Shown here one piece after another: positions 54,530 through 64,000 of a stretch of 64,000 nucleotides of DNA (the first letter of the stretch is position 1; each line of letters begins with the position of its first letter). Position numbers and translations under genes: made by a program. The DNA is taken from NCBI GenBank assembly GCA_964252035.1, contig CAXUOO010000189.1; one strand, 5' to 3'. The notes beneath the pieces are model-generated. The model did not search any database, was not told the DNA's origin, and saw only the letters and a list, made by a program, of their open reading frames with translations. Origin of the DNA: Podarcis erhardii. Its lineage: Eukaryota.

Positions 54530-55809
54530 TTATCGCATTCTTTCAAAGCGGACAGAGTGGACAGGAGCCACAGCTGAAGAGGAAGCAGCCTTTGAAGCAA
54601 CTGCATGCATAGAATTACCAGCCTGATTATTGCTACTGCTGCTATTTCTCTCGTTGCTACATGTGCTAGGAGCTGTAAAACAGCTCGTTAAACTTTTCAC
54701 AAAAAACTCAACAGCTGAACGGGCGTACCATACACGTGGCCGTGTGCCTGTAGAACATGCAGACAAAGCAGCAAAAAAACACCAGCAACCACATTCCATA
54801 GTACTACAATATATATATTAGTGTAGATATATGAGATCTATGTGTAGCTGTGCGAAAGATCACAAGAATCCATGTGTCAGACGTACATATGGAATTGTCT
54901 TTGTATGCCTTTACGTATGATTGCGTATATTAACATTCGATTTGTGTATAAGCTTGTGCACATACCATATAGATATACATATATATGTGTATCTAAATAA
55001 GTATTTCATACATATATATATATATATAATATATATGTATTGTAGACATATGCAAGCGTAGGCAGAAGCGAAGAAAAGGGCAAAAACATACTGTGCACTT
55101 TAGATCGACAAAGAAAAAAAAAGCATTTCTGGACATCAGCAACACCAGCAGCATTTACGCTTATATGAGTACATGATTACATATATATATTGTGGCAGAG
55201 GGCAGATCAGGAGTGCTTTGTTTGTAGCAAAGAGAGGTGATAAAGGAAAATAAGTAGACCCGGTAGCAGCACTAGCAGCCTATAAACCTCTCTTGCATGA
55301 CATATACAGTAGACAATTGATATGTTTACCTGCTAAGAAGGCACAGTGGGCTCCAGTCTGTGTGACAGCAAAGGCCACGTTCGAATTTCTGGAAAAAAAT
55401 CTCAAAAACATACAAATTCAATTCTGTACAACTGTCTCCTGTACACGCGTGTACATAATTATCTACAAGGAAAACTAACGAGTTCATGTAGTCAATGTAT
55501 AAATATATACATACATACTGTAGCAGTACCTTACAAATTTATATTTTCAAAAGGAGTATGAATACCTATATAGAGAATTCAGCACTTTCAAAGTTCAATT
55601 GCTTGGTCCACTTGTTGATCAAACACTCAGAATGGAAGGCTCTCGTATGACTGTTGCAAAATAGCTGCTGTTATATAGAACAAAGTCAACTAGACTTAGC
55701 TAACACATCTGCTCTAACAGTAGTAGCCGATATCACTGCTTTTCAAGTCAGGATAGCTGGTGTAGTTGCTAACGTTTATAGGAAAGCTGCTCACAAGAAG
55801 CAAGATAAA

Positions 55810-55855
<46 letters not shown>

Positions 55856-58800
55856 GTATTTCACTTATGTATGTGGACAAGACAGTGTTGTGATTGCTAC
55901 TTTCAGGCGTGACGAAGGTTAGCTCACATGAAGTCAAATAACTTGTACGCATACACGTAAATATATATATATATATATTAATATATATGTATATTTATGT
56001 ATATACAGATATATAGACAGCTAGATAGAGAGACAGATAGATACTTATAAACAAGGCTGTTTAGGGGGTTTGACAGCTATTGTCAGGCGTTAGTAACATA
56101 TGCTCACACGAAAACGGATAAAATTTACAAATATATATATATACACCTATATTATATGTTTTTGGCCCCGTATAGACTGCTTCACCTGCTTTCTCTGACC
56201 TTCTACCAGTCAAATAATCATATAGCATATGCGACTAGATATAAGTAACAATGACGTTTTCTGTCTACAGCACATACATTTATATATATATATAGGCTGC
56301 TGGCATCTGTGTGAACGAAGAGGCGATGTCGAATCTGAGTAAATAATGGTTTTTATGCCGCAAATGTACAACAAGTACGCATGCACGCACCTTATCTCGT
56401 GTCCATCTGTATGTATATATATATATATATAATATATCTTCCTACGTATATATATAAATGTGCAGACATACAGGGGAAGTATACATATAGTTTGTCCTTA
56501 AGTGCTACTAATTTCTCTCTCTTCTTAATTTTTCTATCTCTTCAAAAACCTAGACATACGTGTAGTATACGTAGACACATACAAATAGCAATGTATAGAA
56601 AAAGAGATATATATATGTATATATATATATATGGGCAGATGTGTCTATGACATCTCACTATTTCTGCATACCTCTTTCTTTCTGTCTGTCAACCTGTCAG
56701 CCCTGGTATACGTAGATAAGCACATTTCTACATGCCATATTGTTCATGAATATATCCACTGAAACTCATTGCTTGTCTGGAATTGATTGCACGCCCGTGC
56801 AAACTCAGTGCACCAGCAACTGCACTCCTGCATCAAGTACTTGCAAGCAGTATACCGTTGTCGAACAATTTTCCGCTTAATCCAAAGAAAGAAAAAATCT
56901 AAACAAACTTATATGGGTTCGCAAGAGTATTTGAGTAGCTTGTTGGTAAAGAAATTTGACAAAGAGACACGTGTTAAACGATTCTACAGTGCCGAAAGAG
57001 TCGAAAGCGCTGGAGTTGCTTGGATGCCCTAAAGAGCCGGACTTTTTTCAAACCCGTTCATGTGTAATATATATATATATATATGCCGTGAAGAGCCAGA
57101 TTGTTTTCAAATCCGTTCACGTGTAATATATATATGTATATATATATATATTTATATACGATTACCTGACGCTCGTGAAGAGATCCACGGCTTGAAAGTC
57201 ACTTAGCGGGTCGTCGAGGGCCATCAAAAGCAGCACAGGTACAGGCACGATATCAAGGAGCTCACTGCTGACTGACTGCTCTTGATAGAAGTTTTCCAGG
57301 TTGTTTTCATACCGACGTTCTATGACCCAGCCCCCCTTCTCTGTTGTGAATTGTCTGCTTTGTTTGGAAGCGAAAACAGGGTTGGAGGTTTCTCTTTCAC
57401 CAACTGGTGTAGTAGCGGAAGCGCATGCTTCTAAACACTGCAAATCAGATTCAAGAAAGTCTCCCTGTTTGCGTCCCCGTCCAGCTGCTGCTGCATTTGA
57501 ACTTTTGCAGCTCGGTGGAGAAGAACTGATTAGACAGGGGGTTTCTTTCTCAGCACTCGAACTTGCATGCAGCCGCTGCAAAACTGTGTTGTTTGCAGGT
57601 CTGCTGCCTGCTTCTGTCAGTTGCAGCAGCGGCTGCTCTTGCTGCAGGAGTAGGAGAGGCCGCTCTTTTTGTTGTTCTGGGCCTCGTTGCATGCAAAAAT
57701 TGCTTACCCTAAAGTGTCTTTGGTGTTCAGCAGTGACAAAGGCAGACATGTCTGAGAGTATTTCTGCGTAGTCTGGTTGTGATTGAGATCGTGCCTCTAC
57801 AAGAGCAGTTTCGGTCTGTTCACCAGCAGCAGCAGCAGCTGCATCTCTCTTCTGCTCAATTTTACTGCGGTCTCCCACCTCAGAAATTTTCGGTGTGTCC
57901 CTTTCTTTCTCTGCAACGTTTTCTGCATGCAGTTTCTCGCGCTTATCGTCTTCCACCAAAATTCTTTCACACTCAAACCTGTTTCTCGCTCTTGTGTCTA
58001 CTGAACCACCAGAACTACTCTCTCCGCAATCCTTTGTTTCTTGTTTCTCAACTTTTTCTTTGCTGCAGTCGCTACTGCTTCTTCCTACCAAAAAGTTCCA
58101 TCCTCTGCGCTTCTGCTCTCTTTCCTGCTGCTGCTCATGAGTGCCTAAGAAATCTCTCTGTTGTAGAGGCCTGCTCTCACTCACTAGACAAACCCGCACT
58201 TCAGCAGCTTCCCCTGTCCTGCTATCTCTCATTACTTTACTACTACAACAAGCACGATTTTCCTGAATAAATTCCTCTTCTTCAGCATGTCGTTCTTGCA
58301 GCTGCATGCGCTGTTGGTGTTGCTGGAGCCTGCGTTGTTGCTGCTGCTGTTGCATGCGCTGTTGGTGTATTGGAGAGGCAGGAGTGAAGGGAAGAATGCG
58401 GACAGCATGCCTGGCTAGCCAGCAGTCGAAATGGAAGGTGCTGCTGCATGCATGCAGTGACATTTGCTGTTCAGAGCGAGACGGCGCATGCAGAAACAGG
58501 TCGTTTACGTAACCAATGAGCCATCGCTGGATGGCGCAGGGACAGCAGCAATAGACAGGAAACTGTCTTTCGTGTGAGTTTTCGTATTGGTGGAACTGCT
58601 GCTTTCTCGGTGTAATTTCAGTGGTGTTACAGCAGCCAGCAGAGGCCTTTGTCGTTGTTTTCCTGTCTCTGCTGCGTTGTCTCTTTGTCTCTCGGACAGC
58701 ATTAGATAATATAAAAGCCTGCTTTTCGGGCAAAGCTAAGCCAGCATTCTCAAAATTTGCTCTGCTACTCTCTCCACTACTGCTGCTGCTGCATGCGCTG

Positions 58801-61800
58801 CTATCCCGTAAAGGAAGTGCTACCTGGTGCTGTCGCCGTCGTTCTTCTGCTGTTTCTGCGTGATTGGTTGCAAACTTTGTAAAGTCTGCTCTTTCTGTGA
58901 CTGTAGGGAAACTATGTGTTGTGGTAGGTGGAGTGGCTATGAGAGAGCGTGTTGATCGTGCTGCTATAGTTGTAACTGAGTCGGTTGCTGGTGTTTGAAT
59001 TTGTGACTCTGCTGCTGTTGAAACAACACCGTGTTCAAGTCTAGTTTCTTTCAACTTCCCAGCAGCAACAGTAGAAGAAGCCAGAGACTTCCACCAGCTG
59101 CTTTTTTTTTTTTCTATGTAAATTTTGCTTTTCTTGCATGTATGCGTAACGTAAGTTCGGCAAAGCGCACTAAGGTACTGCATCCAGGGCAGAAACGCAC
59201 GACGAAGGGTTTGCTGGAGCAGAAGCAGATCGAAAAAACCAGCATATAAAAGATTTCTTCTCTGCATGCTGCGACTGCAATCAAGTACGGGACACACACA
59301 TACAGCTACGCTGATGATAGTCGGTTCCTGTCTCTTCGTTTGCATCATCATACTGCTGCTGTTTCTGCTACTACTGCCTCTCATCATATGCAAGTTATTA
59401 TCAATCCCTACTGCTGTCGGAGCAGATGGTGTTGGTGCGTGCAGACTGGTGCTCCACTCTCTCTCTGAAGCTGTTGCATACTGTCGGGCTAATAGGTATA
59501 AAGGCTGAGAGCTTAGCATTCCTGCTGCTTTAGTACCCCTAGATGGAGGATGCTGGGACAGAAATTGTTGCTGCAGCTTCCCTGCAGCAGCTGCAGCAGC
59601 AACCCGTCCCATACCCCACAAACCCTCTAAATAACTCAATGCTGAAGATGTCCCTTTCTGTTTTTCTTCCTTCTTCCTCATCTCTCCCTCCTGTTCGCGC
59701 CGTTGTTGGGGCCGCAGTTCTGTTTGTTGTTGCTGTTTTCTACAGTGTCGGCCTAACTGCTGTTGAAGCTCGTCTTTCATATCCTTTCTTACATGCTCTT
59801 CTAGCTGTCGCTGAGACTGCTGAAAAAGAGCGAAGGTTTGGCCCTGCACTGCCAGCCGATTTTCCCCCTGTTCGTTTTGTTTTTGTTGTATAATTCCAAA
59901 CTGCAGCTTGTGTTGAGTGTTCATTTCTCGACTGTTTGTAGTGCTGATGCTGTTGGCTGCTTTCGAAGTATTCGGGAAAGTATGTGCTAAGAGGGGCATC
60001 GTGGTGGGCGAGCGCATCGACCCGTAAGGAATCAATGTATTGTTTAATCTATTATTTTTTATATCAGTATCATTATCGATTCCATTCGCACCGTCATATT
60101 TCTCCTCACTCTCAACATCATCCTCAACATTTATATCATCTTCAACATCATTCTCAGAATCAATATCGTCCTTGACATCATCATCATCTTCAACATCTAT
60201 ATCTTTTCTAGAGTCAATATCATCCTCAACATCAACGTTGTCCTCAACAACACTGTCATCCTCAGCATCAAAATTCTCCTTAACAATATTAACCTCCACA
60301 TCAATATCGTCCTTGACATCAAAATTATCCTTACCATTAGTATTGAACGTATAATAATCAACGTCATCCTGATTTTTAATAGCAGCAGCTTTAGCAGTAC
60401 TTGAATCCTTTAACGAGGCTGATGCTGCTGCTCTACATGAAAGGTCATCAACTTTACGACCTACAATCGCTTCTGCATCAATATTACCACCTACTTTAGT
60501 ATCACAAATGTGAGCAAGAGTGGGTTGAGGAGCGTTGTTTGTTCTTGAATGCACAGCAGTGAGAGTGGCTGTGTTTGTTGCAGCATGAAGAAAGTGACCA
60601 GGAATACCACCAGCAGCAGCAGCTGTGGAGCTGCTTCTCACTGTGGCAGCATTCTTTTGAGAATAGAACTCTTTCGTAGTAGCAACAGCAGAAACTCCAG
60701 CAGTAGGGCTAATGGTACTGCTTTCTCTTGCTTGTTTTCGAAAAGACTGTGTTGGAACACCGAATTGTGCTTCCTTCATATTCAAGTGTTCTGTCGCAGT
60801 AGCAGCTGCTGCTTTAGAATTAGAGACTGTATGAGAACCACAGACGTCAATCTCTTCAGCAATGTTTACTAACGAACCACACTTCGTTTTCTGCATCAAA
60901 TTTAAGGAAGAAATTTGCTCTACCAAAGGCATAAAAGACGTCTTTGGCAGCGACGCACCAGCACCAGCATCACTGCCGAGCAGCTTTTTCTTTTGTTCAG
61001 GAGGTGAAGATTTGGTCATATCTGCTGTGTTTGTGTTATTTTCGTTTATCTGTCGCCTCGTGTTTAAAGAAGTGTCGCAGGAACGATTGCCTCTGCACTC
61101 CTTTTTCAGCATCATCGAGGCCTTAGCAGCCTGTTCCTGGTTTGGTTTATTAGCGTAACAGTTCAACAGCTGGTGTGAGTTTGTCACTTCTATTATTTCC
61201 ACTGCTCTTGATTTTGTTGTGTCAACTGCTAGTGGTTTTTGTTGCTGAAGTGAAGGTGAAGCAACAGAAGAAGCAGCAGCAGTAGCATTAGTAATGACTT
61301 TTCTAGCAGTTAAAGCAGAGGCCTTTACAGCAGCTGCACGAGCAGCTTTTTGAGCAGTCGTACTAGTAGTGTGGCAACATGTGGGGGAAGAATTGGCTTC
61401 TGCACAGCAGCCGCAGCAAACAGGCGGCAGCAGCACATCAGAAGCAACAGACTGTTGATGCGAGACATGCAGTTTCGCTATTTGAGGTATATCAATAAAT
61501 CCTGTATTACTACTGATATTTCCACTCTGTCTACTGCTATCCGTTTTGTAATTGTTACTCAGCAGTGAGACAGTGTTGCTTCTTTTATTTGCGAGATATT
61601 GAAGCAGTGTGTTTCCACCGAAAGATAATCCTATAGCAGCCTTGGGCAAGTGGGGGCACAATGAATGCACGTACTCAACCACCATCTGCAGCAATAACCC
61701 AGCAATAACAATATACGCGTAATTACAGTTGAGTTAGTACAAGAAGCAGTGGTGAAGAAGATGCTTTCTCAAGCGTGTCAAAGAGGGTGTAGCTACACCC

Positions 61801-63064
61801 TCGCAGCACCGTCGAGGCCCGCACACCGAAAAGGCAAAACTTGGAGTAGTAACCGAATACTATTGCATGCGTTGAAACAGCAAGAGTGGCCACAAAAACA
61901 CTTGCAGCGATATCACCCGTAACGGCTGCAGCAGTACTAAGCCTTGATGATTTGCGTGTGCATAAAAAAAAGCAGTGACACCTCTACCAATGATAGAGCA
62001 GCTGCAACAGTATTGCATTTTGCAGCAGCAACATCAAAAAAAAGTGCATGCGCTTCAAAAGCAGAACGGCAGAATGGGAGAGGCTGTAAAATGAACTAGT
62101 GACAGCAAAAAAATCCAGTTACACTATATATAGTAGTGCACGCCATGTGAAAACAACAATCTGAAGTATTGCTTGAGCAACATCAGCGCTGACGGCAGAT
62201 CGCAGCAACAGTATGCTTTTTTGCAAGTGTACATGGGCACTTTACATCAGCGGGGCTGTGATTTTTGTCTTGATAAATCTGAAGTGTATAGAACACACTC
62301 AGACAGAAATACACGTATATATAACTATATGTATAGAGAGAGAAGTTCAAATATATGTTTAGCAAGTGTAAGCCCCCACATCAAGTGGTTTCACAGCTAC
62401 CTTCTGAATTTACTGGCGACCTCCCTTGCAGCCCAACACGCTGGTTCACGCTGATGTACGCGCTTCTGTATGAACTTTTATCCAGTCAAAACACATCAAA
62501 AACTGCATCATCTCGCTCTGCTCTATTCAAAAAAACTAATTCTGGAATTACGTCGACTCCAGTCAGAAACTAAAAATACTTGATGAGAACGATATGCGGA
62601 CATAGAATACAAGTATCTAGTATGTGCAAGCTTTCCAGACACGACTAGACAAAAGTTTACACTCACACGCACGTGTACAATGTTGTAATTCAATCGCGTA
62701 TTATGTACAATAGCAAACGAGTAAGATATACACATAATAACAGAGAGAAGATAGGCATCAGTAGAGCAGTAGAAAAACATGCATTTCGCTTTCCTTACAC
62801 GGAGTTCCTCAACAGGGTCTCCTGCTAAAGCTCCGCTTCCGCACATAACTAGAGGCGGTAGTGGAGCTCGAAATCCTGCTTTGTTGCCCGTTCTTTCTGT
62901 TGATGATTTGACTGTTTTTGCCTGTTTTTTTCGAAGCTTGCCATAATTCCTGGCGTCCTTTCTTGTGCGCGTTTCATCAGCTCCTTCACCTGCTTTCCAC
63001 TCCAATTTTTCACCACAACAGGCTCTGTTCTTCTCCTCTGTTTTAGCAGTAGTGGTGGTCGAAT

Positions 63065-63096
<32 letters not shown>

Positions 63097-63989
63097 ATAG
63101 CTGTCGGTGCTGCTTGGCATGATTTGCACGAGTGCACAGGCTGCTGAATTGTCAACGAGGAAGAAAGCGTCGCTTCAGGTTGGCTGCTTGTGTGGAAAAA
63201 AGGATTGTGATGACAGCAAAACTTGTCCTTCTTCTTCGTTTTCTTTCTCTTTTTTGTAGAGCTTGTTGCAGTGTGTAGAAAGAAGAGGCTGTTGCTGGGT
63301 TTTTTGCAGGTGTCGCTGCCATAGTGCTTGTTGCAAATAACTTCCACGTGTGCACTGCTGCTCTCAGAAACTGCTGCTGCGTTTCGGCTGTTTTCTCTTT
63401 CATTCCGTCCGTCTTTTGCTCTCTTGCTTTTGCGCTTTTTGCGACTGAACTGGCTGCGGCCTGAACAGTGGCTGACTTGATTTTGTGCATGCAGCAGCTC
63501 GTCAGTGGAAGCAGCAGCGTGATGACTGCTCAGTCGAACTACGCAGCAAACAAATCCAGCTTTCAAACAAGCATTCACAATCGAAGCCGCCTGTATGGAC
63601 AGTGCAGCAGGTGGCTGCTCAAAACTGCTGCAGATTTTTGCATCATCGTGACAGTCTTTGCATGCAGTGCAGCTCTGCTCACTCTTTCGAAAACTTCGCC
63701 TGCAACAACATCGACGATTTCTGCAGCGAAAACGAGTGGCTTCGTTCGACAGCCTCCTTTTTTGGCTGTCTGAACTGGTGCTGTTGCTGAACGGGGAAGT
63801 TGAAACACTGCTACTAAAAGAGTCTGAGACGCTGCACCCAAAGCCTGCCACAAACTCGTCTCCCACTACAAAAACCACGCCTTTCCAGTGTAGATACGGA
63901 CTGTAGCAGTCGCTGCTTTCTACTGGCTGCTGAACTGGAAATTTCTGCTTTTTCTGAGCTTCGTGGAGGGGGTGCTTTGGTGGAAACGC
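54530..63989 (-). CDS. Giant alpha/beta-hydrolase (ABHD1-3/YheT/Eht1-like); 5' end lies beyond the window
   Basis: Exons 62799-63989 (..AASIVNACLKAGFVCCVVRL....GDPVEELR|gtaagg), 57166-61685 (MVVEYVHSLCPHLPKAAIGLSFGGNTLLQYLA..ISVAVCVCPVLD..IVPVPVLLLMALDDP..SVR), 55330-55388 (NSNVAFAVTQTGAHCAFLAG) and 54530-54747 (TRPRVWYARSAVEFF..*) all join in phase with GT-AG. The Ser (GLSFGG), Asp (ALDDP) and His (TGAH) motifs match the ABHD2/YheT pattern GxSxGG / NAxDDP / TxxGGH / WxxRxxxEFF. Confidence 0.88.
57032..57150. repeat. ~59-nt diverged tandem duplication containing (TA)n, next to a splice donor
   Basis: AAGAGCC(G/A)GA..TTTTCAAA(C/T)CCGTTCA(T/C)GTGTAATATATATAT occurs at ~57032 and ~57091. Confidence 0.85.
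60040..60360 (-). repeat. In-frame acidic repeat (D-V-E-D-D-I/N-like, ~6-residue period) inside the hydrolase exon
   Basis: Translation DDIDVEVNIVKENFDAEDDSVVEDNVDVEDDIDSRKDIDVEDDDDVKDDIDSENDVEDDINVEDDVESEE. Confidence 0.85.
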
Positions 63990-64000
63990 CTGCAAAGGCA

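Larger units (their letters stand above)
7364..63670. promoter_or_regulatory. Dispersed TGCATGCA palindromic octamer (over-represented apicomplexan motif)
   Basis: Many copies, e.g. ~7366, 9103, 14227, 23453, 38723, 43432, 46518, 46873, 57688, 57925, 58445, 63487, 63660. It is a known over-represented motif in coccidian genomes and an ApiAP2 target in Plasmodium. Copies occur in both exons and introns, so no function is shown here. Confidence 0.5.
36400..64000. repeat. Right repeat-rich segment: CAG/GCA-type runs in exons (poly-Q/A/S/L) and (TA)n tracts in introns
   Basis: GCAGCAGCA runs throughout 36.6-39.4 kb and 57.2-64 kb. (TA)n tracts at e.g. 41057-41099, 45434-45471, 51945-51992, 52446-52495, 52783-52828, 53562-53601. 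(AGT)n at 63064-63095 encodes poly-Thr. Confidence 0.92.

Noticed and set aside
46930-56075. Isolated TTTAGGG/TAGGGT-like words (e.g. ~46932 and ~56061) suggesting interstitial telomeric repeats
   Set aside because: Single degenerate copies with no tandem heptamer array
830-56650. Many 60-120 aa ORFs containing YIYIYI or MYVCMY runs, or X runs
   Set aside because: Translations of (TA)n and (GTAT)n microsatellites or N gaps, which lack stop codons in some frames
57301-63906. Numerous + strand ORFs overlapping the hydrolase gene
   Set aside because: Antisense shadows of the long - strand exons, with no independent motifs
1-64000. Retrotransposon, rRNA or tRNA genes as an explanation for the large introns
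   Set aside because: I saw no RT, integrase or gag motifs, LTRs, terminal inverted repeats, rRNA-like segments or tRNA cloverleaves by eye. RepeatModeler, tRNAscan-SE and Infernal runs would be needed to exclude degenerate copies.

Overview
Eukaryotic, intron-rich scaffold from an apicomplexan, most likely a coccidian/Eimeriidae-like parasite. Evidence: a CPW-WPC gene, CAG-derived homopolymer amino-acid runs, frequent TGCATGCA octamers and GT-AG introns. I assembled genes by hand from splice sites, reading-frame phase and family motifs. (1) A symplekin/Pta1-like gene on + with short exons in kb-scale (TA)n-filled introns (~2.3-19.8 kb). (2) A weakly supported - strand hypothetical gene (~19.8-23 kb). 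(3) A microsatellite-free, compact-intron block (~24.7-36.3 kb) holding a hypothetical gene, a four-domain CPW-WPC gene (-) and, head-to-head with it, a small PYG-repeat putative microtubule inner protein gene (+). (4) A divergent importin-alpha-like ARM gene (+, 36.5-48.6 kb). (5) A very large ABHD1-3/YheT-like alpha/beta-hydrolase gene (-, 54.5-64 kb) whose catalytic triad is split by ~1,400 aa of low-complexity insertions. There are also an 18-nt minisatellite with a 131-nt higher-order period, several short tandem duplications and five N gaps. I saw no rRNA, tRNA, CRISPR array or autonomous mobile element. Family calls come from motif recall, not database searches.
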